Shown: positions 16,837-33,870 of the stretch, one piece after another
Layout of the letters: each line of letters starts with the position of its first letter
Position numbering within the stretch: the first letter of the stretch is position 1
Notes under the pieces: model-generated
Database searches by the model: none
Told to the model about the DNA's origin: nothing
What the model saw: only the letters and a program-made list of their open reading frames with translations
NCBI RefSeq assembly: GCF_009914755.1
Contig: NC_060927.1
Source: the human T2T-CHM13v2.0 reference genome, Homo sapiens
DNA length: 64,000 bases
Reading direction: 5' to 3' (one strand)
Translations under genes and position numbers: made by a program

Positions 16837-17779
16837 GTGAGTGGACAACTGTATATGAATTAGTTATTGGATTTTATCCTGAGACATAGAGATTGTCATG
16901 TCACCTAAAACAGTGATTCACTAAAAAAAAAAAAAAGGAAAGAAAAAAGAAAGGATAAAACACTTGATTAGGTTTTGCAAAAGGAAATTACTTTTAGTGA
17001 AACATGATTAAATATAATATAAAAATACAAATCCCATATTCTTTGCACTTCTTTAAATAGCAATTTACTATGTATTTGTTATTCTATAAATTCCTACTAA
17101 ATGTAATTACCATATTTCTCATTTTCTTAAAACTGTTACTTGATATCAAGTTGAAACATCAAACTGCTTGGTTAAAACTAGGCCAAGTGTTATTGTCAAC
17201 AGAAAATAATTTGATTATTTCTCCTGAAATAATGACAAGCTTTAATGCATGCAGGGCAGCACTGTAGGTAGGCTATCCCATACATGTATTCAACTAAATT
17301 GGAAAATAGAGACCATATCTAATTAGTCACAACAACAGTGACTGATACCCATGGCTTGGGATCCACACCTGTGTTTCAAACAGTGGCTTTACCAGTGACT
17401 TGAATTGGGCACACAGACTCTTCAAATGGCAGTAAATCCTGTTGGAACACAAGTTGGGCTACTGAAAATTATGAAATTATTTTGGGTTGCATGCAATGAA
17501 ATTTCTTGAAGATATTCTTCTAGCAAATTCATTTTTATTCTTAAATCTATTAAAGGTAAAACTAAAATACATGGGGAAATCTGTACCTATTTTTACATAC
17601 ATTTTTTATTTATTAATACCTCAATTGTTAAACATTTATTCTGATGGTCCACTATTTAAGGAACTTGCATATACCTGAATGTGTTTTGTGTCACAGCCTA
17701 CAGATGATAAAGCATTGCAATTATGCAGCTGCAGATTAATTCTTGGAGGGATTTTTCTGCTTCACTACCTCTTTTGTAG

Positions 17780-17863
17780 GTGCCAAAAATAAGTGCTGAT
17801 TGTGCCAAGTTGTGTCTTTATCACCTGTCAAAGATCTCAGTGCACTGTCATATGACATCTAAG
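17780..17863 (+). other. Candidate 84-nt exon
   Basis: Pyrimidine tract ending cttttgtag and a strong AAG|gtaagt donor. Phase-0 frame VPKISADCAKLCLYHLSKISVHCHMTSK is open. Product not recognised. Confidence 0.3.
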
Positions 17864-19054
17864 GTAAGTATGCATTTACCCTTGCTTCTGCCTTTCTCAT
17901 TGCATTGTATTCAGAAAGCTTTCCTTTCTTTCATTAGCCTTTGTCATCTGTTGTATGAAATAAGCTTGAAGTCTTCACATGGTGATGTTTTTATTTTTTC
18001 TCATTTGCCTTTTCAAATGTGGTGACATTTTAAAGCCACCTAAAATGTTGAGACTAAAAAATTAAGTCTACCTTATTTTCATGGCCACTTAGCCATCTTT
18101 TGCTTTCAAGTTCATCAAACCATGACTAAAGGAATAAATGAAGAAGAGAGAAAGTAAATTCTGGACAAGCTCCAGAGAGTTTTCGGCCCAAATCTCTAAG
18201 AGACGATGTTGGTCACTGCTGTGAATCACATTCTAGAGTATTCTGACTCAATGCAACTGGTAAATATTAAGTATATGCTTTTGTGGATTAAATCTTAGTT
18301 TTCATTCCAACACTACTTAATCATTTGGATTGGCTTATTTGTTTGGTAAAATATCTAAATAAATAAAGCACAACTCTATATGCAAAGACAAAACCCTCAG
18401 GATCAGTTGTTGTTTTCTTTTTTAGGGACAGATTTGAAGATATTTTCTTTGCATTTGTATTTGCAAATGGCATGAAAGTATAGATACATTTTATAATAAA
18501 ATTTTCTAGAAATACATCAGCCTTTTGCAATTATTTTCAATATCCGCAGCACTAAAATATATGCTGTATGACACCTATGGCTTTCCAATAATCTGGGGTT
18601 TAAATACAAGAATTCTGAAGAATAAAAATCATGATTTTTGCAGTAAATGATAGTAAAGCTAAGTCATTTCAATTATACAATCTAAACAGGGATAAAAGTA
18701 AATAGTATACTTACTCAGGTTTCTTCTACTTTTTCAGGTCATTAACTTTTAATTATCCAAAATGTTCAGTCACTATAAAGGAATTAAAATATATTTTATG
18801 TTTGGGTAATCGGTAATATAAATGTACTGCATTAAAATTCAGTAGGTGAGATTAAATATATTCATTTTTCTACGTTAGGTCAGATTTTATTTTTCCTATT
18901 ATTCATAAGGAAATAAAATATTGACATATTTTTGCTTCTATTTGTAAACATTTTAATTCAATATATTTTTATGAAGACTAGATTGAAAATATTACAATAT
19001 AGTCTTCATATTTAAAATATTACAATCTAGTCTTCATAAAAAAGTTTTTTGCAA

Positions 19055-19343
19055 AACTCATCTGTCACTGAGAAGGTAATTATGTACTAGGAGTGAAAAA
19101 GCATAACTGATGCCAATGCTTACCTGATTTTGATGAATACACTTTGAAGGTTTGCTCTTCTTACCCTACGAAACACTGACAAAAATGGAAGACTTGCATA
19201 ATGCCCTGTGGAGAAGACTGCCAGAGAATGTGCCGGGCCAAGAGATTTCACTTGGCATTTGCCAATGACCGGGATATACACCTGGTGCATTTGCTACATT
19301 TGTTGAAATTAGGATCATGAACTATGAACTGCAGAAAGTGCAG
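19055..19343 (+). pseudogene. Putative decayed Ig V-set domain exon 1
   Basis: Across frameshifts it reads EKVIMY*E*KSIT / CQCLPDFDEYTLKVC (B-strand Cys; TGC where the C-strand Trp is expected) / PGQEISLG / GIYTWC (DxGxYxC-like) / IRIMNYELQKVQ (G strand). Both splice sites look degraded (ttttttgcaa; cag|gcatat). Confidence 0.4.
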
Positions 19344-19559
19344 GCATATACTTACTAAAAAAATCTATTTATATATGTAGATGTATGTATGTATGCACAT
19401 ATCTGTGCATGCATACTCACAATGTTGTTGTATAAATATTATATTTTTGTATATTTAGTAATAATTAAAATTATTTTTTCTAATTGAGTCCCTTTCATAC
19501 TTTTGTGGTATAAAATGGAAAAGAGAGAAATGAGAAACAAATCGAAATCTGGATTCTGC

Positions 19560-20690
19560 TGTCTGGGAGATGTTTTCCAAAGGCTGGCTCTACTTACTGG
19601 GAGGTTCTTTTTTATTCATCTCTGTCACCTTTGGTAACTGTAGATCTTTCTCCTTACTACCTTTGGGGACAAAGGTTGTTTTTAAAGGCTTGGACACTAA
19701 AATAGTCTTTAGTCCAGGTTGTGGTTTCTTTGGAAATAAAACTTCCTCAAAACTTAGGAGACTTTTATTTCCTGCCTTCCAGTTTTATGTGCCAGTAATC
19801 ATATCCAAAGTTTTTTTCTAGACATAATTCTTTTTATTTACTTATTTATTTTTTGAGACACAGTCTCACTCTGTTGCCCAGGCTGAAGTGCAGTGGCATG
19901 ATCTCAGCTCATTACAACCTCCGCTGCCTCCTGAACTGAAATGATTCTACTGCCTCAGCCTCCCGAGTAGTAGAGACATGGTTTCACCATGTCTGCCAGG
20001 CTGATTTCAAATTCCTGACTTTAAGTGATCTGTTGCCTAGGCCTCCCAAAGTTCTGAGATTACAGGTGTGAGCCACCATGCCCTGCCTAGACATAATTCT
20101 TAAGCATTCTTTCTTTCATTCTCATCTTTCATTTCTTTCTCTCTTTTTCTTTGCTCCTTTCTCCCTTCCTTCATTTCTCCCCTTTTAATGGCAGACAATG
20201 TAAAGTTATTAGAAAATGTCTTCTTGGGTGGGAAGGTCAAACCTGATAATCTGATCCTCGCTGTAAGACTCAGTACTTGGATCAGTTGGGAAATCTTACT
20301 GGGCTTTTGGCACTAAGGAAATTTTTTTCAGTTTTATCTACAGCTTGACGCCCAACCATCATCTTTTCCAAACTATGAACTCTTGACCTGACCATAAAAG
20401 CCAGCCAATAATTATCTGAGCTTGTCTGTCTCTTGCAGTGCTTTGCTAGATGCAGCCAATAGTAACCAATATACATTCTGATTCTTTCCAGCCACTTCCT
20501 CTAAAATCACAGGTCCAGTTCTCACACGGTCTTACTTCTAACGTATTTCAGGCATCCATTTTATAAGTCTTTTCCATGGTGGAGCAGAGGGCTCCAGGCA
20601 TAAGGCCCAGTCATAGCTGTGTCCTCACCACCATCTGACAACCAATAAATCAATGCTACACATTAGGTATTCTCATACCAATTTATGTTT
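19560..20690 (-). mobile_element. MaLR (MLT1) internal sequence remnant, interrupted by an Alu
   Basis: Minus strand resembles MaLR-int and abuts an MLT1-type LTR. Boundaries approximate. Confidence 0.45.
19833..20087 (-). mobile_element. AluS with internal deletion of the linker region
   Basis: 15-bp TSD ctagacataattctt (19818-19832 / 20087-20101). The monomers are fused at tcccgagtag|tagagac. Confidence 0.9.
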
Positions 20691-21070
20691 TATGATAGTT
20701 AATGCTAGTTGGTAAAATGTCAGTTCCTGTATTTCAGTGAATCAACAAAATGGAAGTTAATAGTCACTCATACAGGGTTTGGTTGGTGGCAGGAAGGGGG
20801 CTATGAGTTTTATTTCTCATAGTCTTTTTCTCAGGTTCAATCCATCCCTCAGAGACTCAGTCTTTTACTTGATTCTGTGCATCTGGCTGACAGATGGGAA
20901 AGTAAGTAAGGGTAATACATGGGAAATTTTTATGGCCTAGGAGTGGGAATTACACACATTCTAAAACTTTTGCCCATTTCTGTTGGCTAAAATGCAGGCA
21001 TATGGCTATACCTCACTACCAGGAGGTTTATATGTTCGGGGAAAAAAGAATGGATTATAGGTACCGTTGG
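20690..21070 (-). mobile_element. MLT1 (J/K/L-like) LTR
   Basis: ggcctaggagtgggaattacacacattct...ctgttggcta...tggctatacctcactacc pattern typical of old MLT1 LTRs. Confidence 0.55.
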
Positions 21071-21074
21071 TAAG

Positions 21075-21410
21075 TCTCTGTCTCTTTCTTTCTCTCCTTC
21101 TCTCTCTCTCTCTGTCTCTGTCTGTCTGAGACAGGGTCTCCCTCTGACATCCCGGCTGGAGTACAGTGGCACAATGATAACTCACAGCAGCTTTGAACTC
21201 CCAGGCTCAAACAATACTCCTGTCTCAACCTCCAGAGTAGCTGGGACTACAGGTGCATTCTACCATGTTCGGTTTATTTTTAAATATTTTTGTAGAGATG
21301 GAGTCTTGCTTTCTTGTACAGGCTGGTCTCGAACTCCTGGCTTCGAGCCTTCCTTCTGCCTCTGGCTTCCAAACTGCTGGAATTACAGGCATGAGCCACT
21401 GTACCCTGCC
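21075..21410 (-). mobile_element. AluJ with (CT)n-converted tail
   Basis: gagacagggtctc...caggcatgagccactgtaccctgcc. The tail region is a CT microsatellite. Confidence 0.9.
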
Positions 21411-21560
21411 TAAACTTTCTCTTAATTAGAATTCAGATTATTTGAATATTTCTTTCTTATAAGTCATAGATTTGTGTAAGTTGCTTTTCTTAAAAAGGCA
21501 AAGTGTTTCCTTGTCTATACTTTCCATGTTCCATCAGGACAATTTCTTAATCGCATAAAA

Positions 21561-21737
21561 CAGATATTGACAAATTATGCCGCATGGGTTGGCTGGTTAT
21601 TTTTGTAAATAAAGTTTTATTGGAACACAGTCTTTCTCATTTATGTACATATTGTCTATGGCTTCTTTCACACTACAAAGGCAGTGTTGATTAGTTCCAA
21701 TAGAAACCTTACTTTTAAAAAAGCTTGTTGACTCCTG
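21561..21737. mobile_element. MER58A-like hAT-Charlie MITE
   Basis: tttttgtaaataaagttttattggaacacag...tattgtctatggc hallmark; ends cag...ctg. Confidence 0.8.
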
Positions 21738-21899
21738 ACTTATAAAATGCAAAATTAGCTTTGCATATATTTGCTTAAAACAGTGAATAAAAAAATGCTA
21801 CTTTTTCCATACATGATCTTCTTATTGATCTCAAGCCAACCTCAATAATATTTTATTTAAGGAAGTGAATGATGATTTACCTTCTTTTTAACTTCACAG

Positions 21900-22292
21900 C
21901 ATCATTTTCAATACCTGAGCATCGGAGAATTAAATGCTTCATGTAGGAAATAACATTTAATTATAAAATCAATGTGATTTTGGCGAACTCCCAGACACAA
22001 AATTCCTTTCTGTACCTATTTCCACTTGACCAAGATGCAGTAAAACAGAGAAATATTTTCAAAATATAAGTTGTCATACCTCCAAAGAGAAGTGATGCTG
22101 CATATTTGGACAATGACATATCTGGAATGTTTGATATATCATGGAATGGCCAGTGAATCCAAGGTTTATATTATGGGAAGATTTAATAATACCAAGTTTA
22201 CATTGATTTTTCTTCAATGTCAGTATTATGGTGTGTACACAGTATCCTCAGTTTATAATCCTGGAAACTGACAGATCAATGTCACCACACAG
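21900..22292 (+). pseudogene. Putative decayed Ig V-set domain exon 2
   Basis: Intact acceptor (cttctttttaacttcacag) and donor (cag|gtaagc) enclose 393 nt, Ig-exon size. Reads MLHVGNNI*L*NQCDFGELPDTKFLSVPIST* (TGA where Trp is expected) ... GRFNNTKFTLIF / FNVSI / YGVYT ... VYNPGN*QINVTTQ. Confidence 0.45.
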
Positions 22293-22869
22293 GTAAGCTG
22301 TTATGTGAGGACTGGGACCACGACATCTGACATCACATCCATTAACAGTTTTCACTAGTCACAGCTCTTTTCAGATTATCTAGCCCACGGGTTTTTAGTT
22401 ACTTTCCCAAATAGCCTCAACACTTCATGTTGTTGTTTTACCCTTTGATAAAATGAAAACTGCCTTTGCATTGAGCTAGGTGTTTTATATAACTTATCTA
22501 ATTTACTCCTTAACAATGTTTAACTTGTTCTTTAGTATCATCATTACGCTGGTGAAAAAGGAACTCAAAGCAGCTAAGTAACTTGCCTAAGCTTACACAG
22601 AAAATACAAGTTCTTAGATTTGTTATTTTGATGAGCTATAGTTTTGGTTTTTTGCACTAATAAGTATTTTGTAGGAAACAAAGCAAGTGTGATGTATTAG
22701 ACAGGTAGAGAGGGAGGAGACCTAGTAAATAGGGTGATTAGAGAAGCCTCTCTGAAAAGGCGATATTGATGCTGGCACTAAAATGAATCAATCATGAGAA
22801 ACTCTTTTTCTTTCTCAGTAGAAGTAATAGCAAGTGTAATGGTATAAAAAAGAGGAATAAATGATGTTT

Positions 22870-23990
22870 TTAATTTTATTCAGCAGTATTCTAGTCATGA
22901 TTCTTCTTCTGTTAAACACATCTATTAAGTGCTTCATTTCAGATATTTTCTTTTTTGGTTCAAAATTACTCATCTACTCCCTTTTTAGATGTTAAACACT
23001 GATACAATTTTCAGCATTTCCTCCGTCTTTGTCATGCTTTTGAACATCTTAAAGTTATAGTAAAGTTTGTTTCTGATAACTTCAAAATCTTAATGACTAG
23101 TGGTTTCGATCTATTGTCTATTATTGGTTTTTGACCATCTGTTCCTATATCCTGTCATGCCTGGTGATTTTTAATTGAGTGGTAATCTTTGTGCGTAAAA
23201 AGTTGTAGAGACTGAATTTCATCACCTTTGTTCAGAGAAAACTTAATATTCATTTGTTAGCCATGTGGCATATGGATAGATCACCTTGATTCAATTTTAA
23301 GTCAGATTTTTTCTAAGCTAGTTCCAGGTTTTGGCAGGGACAGTCTACTTCTACTTGGTTCTGACAAATCTGCAGGATAGATTTCCAGTGATCTCACCTA
23401 AAAGGCTAGTATTTTTCAGGTTTCTTCTTTTAAGTTGGACAGAAGGGTCCATTTCTTGTCACTCTAACACTATAAAATTGTTAAGAGCTCTGTTTAGTTT
23501 TGTGGCCTTCATCAACCATTTTTTCTCCGAATTTCTTGTATTTAGTCCTTCATGCAAAGATTAGGAACCAGCAAAGAATTGAGGTGAAAGGTACAGCAAA
23601 TGTTACTTCATTTCCTGGGATTCCCTTTACTCCTAAATTGGCTGCTCAATTTCCTGTTGCCATATGGTAACCCAGAACTTCTATATTTTTTCTTTTCAAT
23701 CCTAATGAATCCCTCCAAATATCTATGATGCTGCTTTCTGTTCACTCTCTCTGTCCTGCCCTAGGAATTTGCAAATGTGCAAAGTTTTTTTTTTTTTTTT
23801 AAAGTGGAAAATGTAGGATTTTCTTTAATGCATTTTTCTTCTCAAGATCTTGACTTCTCAAATCCTGGCTTCCTTGTCTGCTCCAACATTCCCCCAAACT
23901 GCTGTTTCCTTGTTTGTTTTAATTTTAACCAGCTTTAACAGTTTCTTGGCAGAAGTCTCTCTGACACAAGTTTATCATAGATGGAGGCAG
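22870..23990 (-). mobile_element. Old L1M 5' UTR/ORF1 remnant
   Basis: T-rich antisense L1-like sequence (catctattaagtgcttcatttcagatatt...tctgataacttc). Boundaries approximate. Confidence 0.55.
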
Positions 23991-24175
23991 AAGACAGGAA
24001 AGTGACTCCGGGTTTGAATTCCCTGTCTAGAGTAATAAATATGTTTTCATAGGCATTTAAAAAATCTCTCCATATAGGTCTTCTTGGCTATGAATGAAGA
24101 TGATGAAGATAGTTTAAGAGATTATGATTATACACATTTATATACACACATACACAGACACACATACAGACACAG

Positions 24176-24972
<797 letters not shown>

Positions 24973-25016
<44 letters not shown>

Positions 25017-25020
25017 TGTG
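24973..25020. repeat. (TG)n microsatellite
   Basis: About 24 TG units with one interruption. Confidence 0.95.
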
Positions 25021-25651
25021 TCCCCTAGCAGCATGCCTAGCATATAATAATCAAGCAGGAAATGTTGGTTCTTCTGCCTTTTCTTGTTTTATTCAAAGGT
25101 CATATTTTTAACTGCTCATTGATCCATATTTATCAGATCAGTGACATTTCCATGATATATATAATAAGGTTTGGATGATTATAGAGAAGAAATACATATG
25201 CAGAAAGTATAGCATGCTTGAATATAGTGCAAGAAATACATTTTATCTGCATATCAGTTATCTTTCTAAATATTAAATTTTTCATAAATTTTTATTATGA
25301 TGTGCTTAATATGATTTAACATTTAATAAAACCAAATAAGTAAATTAAATAATACATAGCAAAAAAATGACCTATTTTACTTTAGTAAGATATTCAACAC
25401 CTGGTAAAGAGAAAGAATATGAACTGATTGCATGTGGATGTGCTAAAGTCTATATAAAATGGATGAAGTGATGTAAGCTAGATTTTGTGAAAATACAAAT
25501 ATATTTTAAATCCATTTGTAGTGTTCCTTGCCAAGCATTCAAAAAATATTGTAAATGCTTTTGTCATTCTCATAAATGTGAAGATATTTTTACACTCATT
25601 TATTAAATGAATTCATCATTTTATTTACCATCCTATAAATTCTTTGCAAAG

Positions 25652-25741
25652 GTAGAAATCTACAGTAATTTATAATCCTCTCTTTGTTTACCATTTTTCA
25701 TTGTGAGTTTCCTTAATTAGTGCTGTGGATTCATTTTCATG
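25652..25741 (+). pseudogene. Putative decayed transmembrane exon
   Basis: ttctttgcaaag acceptor, G|gtaggt donor, 90 nt, phase 1-1. Reads RNLQ*FIILSLFTIF / IVSFL / LVLWIHFH with two compensating frame changes. Confidence 0.3.
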
Positions 25742-27215
25742 GTAGGTGATTACTTATGACTCCACTTTTCCAGGGCTCGCAGCCTAGCAGATCAATGAGA
25801 AACTCATTGCCTTGAAAGAGATTAGGTAATAGGTTTGTCAGAACCATTTGCTCCAGTCAAGAAATGTGTAAAATAAATAGATTGTTCTCAGAATTCCATT
25901 CAAGAATTGAACAATTTAATTATTATATTATTTATTTTCTTTGAAGAGAATGTGAACTAAATATAAATCCAGAAAATAACTTAAAAAGAAATTCAGGGAG
26001 CCCTAAGCCACAGAGAAATGAAACAGCTCAGAGAGAGGTCAAAAGTTCATTTTTCCCAATAGACAATAGGTATTAAGTAAAGTGATCATTGGGATTGATC
26101 AAATCAGACCAATCACCCTAGATGAGTTTCTCTCACATCTCCACCCAGCCTGGGGTTAGAATCGCTGAGAGTTTAGTTAGTTTAATCCGGGAGAAGGAGG
26201 CGGTCTGTTATATACACAGGAAGAGGAAATAAGCTCAATAGCAGCGGTTTTAACAATTTTGTATTTCCTGAACCAATAAAATCCTAAAGAATTTTTGAGA
26301 CCAACACATTTTCCTTTGCCAAAGTAGGAAAATCATTTTTTATGAAAAGAAAAAGGAACTACCAAAAATAGTTACAACCATAATTTATTTCAGAAAAATA
26401 AGACTTTTTTGAAATAAAAGGATGAAAAGTGCAACCTAAAAGCATTATTTTAAGAAAAATAATAAAAGTGTTGAAAATTCTGCATATGCATGCATACACA
26501 CACACACACACAAACACACACAGAGGTACATTATTTTCACTTAGTGCACCATTGAAACAAGAGCAGAGAACTGCCTTCATCTGAACACTGACTTAACTGA
26601 CTGTTATAGAACCTTCTTTGTATGCTCCTCAGAGTGCACGTGGTGCTCTCATTTTATTATTTCATTTAACTTTTTTTATCAACCATGAAAGTTTTTATAT
26701 GTAATATCTTCCAGTTTCTTCACTGAATTCCTTCAAGCTATCATTCTAATATGATAGTGTGCTTTATTTATTGTTTTGAGATTGAGTATTAATGTGTAGC
26801 ATTTTTTAAATTTGGAAGGCAATTGTGTGTTTGAGAATGGAGAGAAGATGATAAAGCAAGACCTCCTTTCATCTCTTAAGCCTATAAGCTTGTTTTCCAA
26901 TCCACTGATAATCTGAACATGCAGTTAGCCCTTTAACCAGTTTCTATGGTTGTATAATACAAGAAGTGCTAATTCAAGGCTTACACAAAAAGTTGCTGTG
27001 TTTTAGACATGTATTTGCACTCCAGGAAATTATTCAGCAGAATACACCCAAATGAAAACATTTATTAGATAAAGCACTGAATTCCAAACCTGCTACAATC
27101 TGACATTCACATAGCAACTATAAAGTGAGGATATGAATTTTTGTTGTTGGAGGTGGTGTGTTAAAGTATTTGAATTAATGACCAACACTTTTGAATTGAG
27201 ACAACGAACGTATTT

Positions 27216-28041
27216 AAAAATGCTCAACATCACTAATGATCAGGGAAATGCAAATCAAAACTACAATTGTAATACCACCTTATTCCCATAAGAATGGCCA
27301 TAATCAAAAAATCAAAAAATAGTAGATGTTGGTGTGTATGTGATGAAAAGGGTACCCTTCTACACGGCTGGTGGAAATGTAAACTAGTATAACACTATGG
27401 AAAACAGTGTGAATATGTCTTAAAGAACTAAAAGTAGAACTACCATTTGATCCAGCAATCTCCCTACTGGGTGTCTACCCAGAGGAAAAGAAGTCATTAT
27501 ACAAAAAAGATACTTACATATGTATGTTTATAGCAGCATAAATCGCAATTGCAAAAATGTGGAACCAGCCCAAATGCCCATCAATCAACTAATTGATAAA
27601 GAAACTGTTATATATATCATATATATGCAATATATATGATATATATAACTGTGACATATATATATATATATGATGTAATATACTACTCAGCCATAAAGAG
27701 GAATGAATTAATGGCATTTGCAGCAATGCCAAATGAATGGGATTGGAGACTACTATTCTGAGTGAAGTAACTTAGAAATGGAAAACCAAACATCATATGT
27801 TCTCATTCATAAGTGGAAGCTAAGCTAAGAGGATGCAAAGGCATAAGAATGTTATAATGGACTTTGAGGATTCAGGGGGAAAGGGTAGCAAGGGGGTGAG
27901 GAATGAAGAACTAAAAATTGAGTTCAGTGTATACTGCTCGGATGATGTGTGCACCGAAATCTCACAAATCATCACTAAAGAAGTTACTCATGTAACCAAA
28001 TACCACCTGTTCCCCAAAAACCTATGGGAATTAAAAAAATT
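27216..28041 (+). mobile_element. L1PB1-like 3' end
   Basis: aagctaagaggatgcaaaggcataagaat...taccacctgttccccaaaaacctatgg is an L1PB-type 3' UTR. Internal TA expansion. Confidence 0.9.
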
Positions 28042-28064
28042 AACAACAGCAAATTGATACTTTT

Positions 28065-29109
<1,045 letters not shown>

Positions 29110-29944
29110 CAAATTGATACTTTTATGTAAAATTCCAGATTCCAAGCTTGTTTGGAAAATCCAAAGTGTTGGGTGACATTGGACCTCCATTACCCCATGG
29201 CAACAACTGGAGTAGTGGTAGCCTGCAGTCAAAACTTCAGTCTCTAGTCTCACAGCCCCCAGCAGCCCAATGGTTCCTTTCCACATGCTTCATCCCTGAG
29301 CACCAGGGATTGCCCTAAGTGGGAAGGCATCCCACTGCATACGTTTCCTAGGCCTGGTCTTGGCAGTATCTAGAGTTATAGCAGGTGAGTCCACTCCAAC
29401 GAGTAGGGTTTTCTTCTTTATCTTTCTGCTTCCCACTGAATCCTTGTCACTCAGGATAGCTTGGTTCAGAGCACGTGGTCGATATATGTGTCGTGAATGA
29501 GTAAGTGGGGCAGGTAAGAGTGTGGGGCCTGGAAGCAAGATGAAATAGCTTATCTCTCTCTTGTTCTGGAGCTCTCTGTTCTCAGTCCTTGCAGTTATGG
29601 TTCCCGCAGCCAGATTGTGCTCTCTTAGGCCTATCTCCCTTGCCCCCATCCCCATAAATGGACTCTAGGGAGTTCAAGAAGCCTTCACTCTGGGCTAGAG
29701 AGGAAACCTGGGACAGGGGCAACATAGAGTTTGAGGCCTGCTAGTCCTGTCCTGTGGCCCTGTTTACCCCTCGTAGGCAGGACCCTGATCATTCCTGGAG
29801 CCACAATCTACTGGCAACAGGGAAATACCTACTCATGCCAAATGGCTGAGCAAACTCAAGGTGATGGCAGGGAGCAGGTGGGAAATGCCCAGTGCCAAGG
29901 GCTGAATGGGTGGTCAGCAAAGATTGGTGTTCCTTGGCCTCAGA

Positions 29945-30100
29945 GCCCCCTAGACAATTTGCTTAACCTCTCTGTGCCTCTGCTAATTCATCAATAAAAT
30001 AGGAATGGTGATGGCTCCCCTCTTGTAGGAGTGCTGTGAGGCTTAGTGAACTGATACATATCAAGCAATGAACATGATTCTTGGCATACAGTAAATGTCC
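29945..30100 (+). mobile_element. MIR
   Basis: ttgcttaacctctctgtgcctc...tcttggcatacagtaaatg MIR core. Confidence 0.75.
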
Positions 30101-30559
30101 CACTGACGCTGGTAAATCCTACAAGGGCAGCAGAAAACCAAAGCTGCCTGACACTGTGCACAGACTCCAAGGCTGAGAGCATCCCTATCCCCCTAGTTTC
30201 TGAGGAGGTAGGCCTGGCCTTGCAGCCCCATGGAACCCTGAAGAAAAGGTCTTGTGACTCTAGAGTTTGTTGACTCAGTAGGGAGAGGTGTGACAAGAGA
30301 ACAAGTGTGGGCAGGGAACAGCCAGAGAGGAACCCCATCAGGACACCTGGAGCAGAAAGGACAGAGTTGGGATGTGTGTCTCCTTCTGCCCAGGAACAGG
30401 GCAGAATCTGCATAGAATATTAACAAAAACTGATTAAAAAACATTTAAAAAATTGTGACAATAAAGCTACATTTTCTGATATACATAAGATCATGTCTGA
30501 AACCCAAAACAACCATATAAGTAAACACTTGGATTAAAGACAAAATGATAGAGAAATAT

Positions 30560-32095
<1,536 letters not shown>

Positions 32096-32105
32096 ACAAA
32101 TTTCT

Positions 32106-32157
32106 TTTTTTAAATTTTATTATTATTATACTTTAAGTTTTAGGGTACATGTGCACA
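32106..32157 (-). mobile_element. Ultra-short (~50 nt) L1PA 3' terminus insertion
   Basis: Reverse complement reads tgtgcacatgtaccctaaaacttaaagtataataataataaaatttaaaaaa. TSD acaaatttct (32096-32105 / 32155-32164). Confidence 0.85.
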
Positions 32158-32199
32158 AATTTCTAACAGCGTTGTGTATTTTACTGACATATATATAGT

Positions 32200-33870
<1,671 letters not shown>

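Noticed and set aside
18738-18805. Additional + strand micro-exon (tttttcag...gg|gtaatc)
   Set aside because: Weak donor, stops in frame and no motif. Indistinguishable from chance in AT-rich DNA.
19570-20476. Processed pseudogene on the minus strand
   Set aside because: Better explained as MaLR internal sequence next to an MLT1 LTR. No recognisable protein.
29290-30444. 121-aa and 140-aa minus-strand ORFs in a GC-richer patch
   Set aside because: No recognisable domain or splice context, and partly MIR-derived. Probably old repeat remnants.
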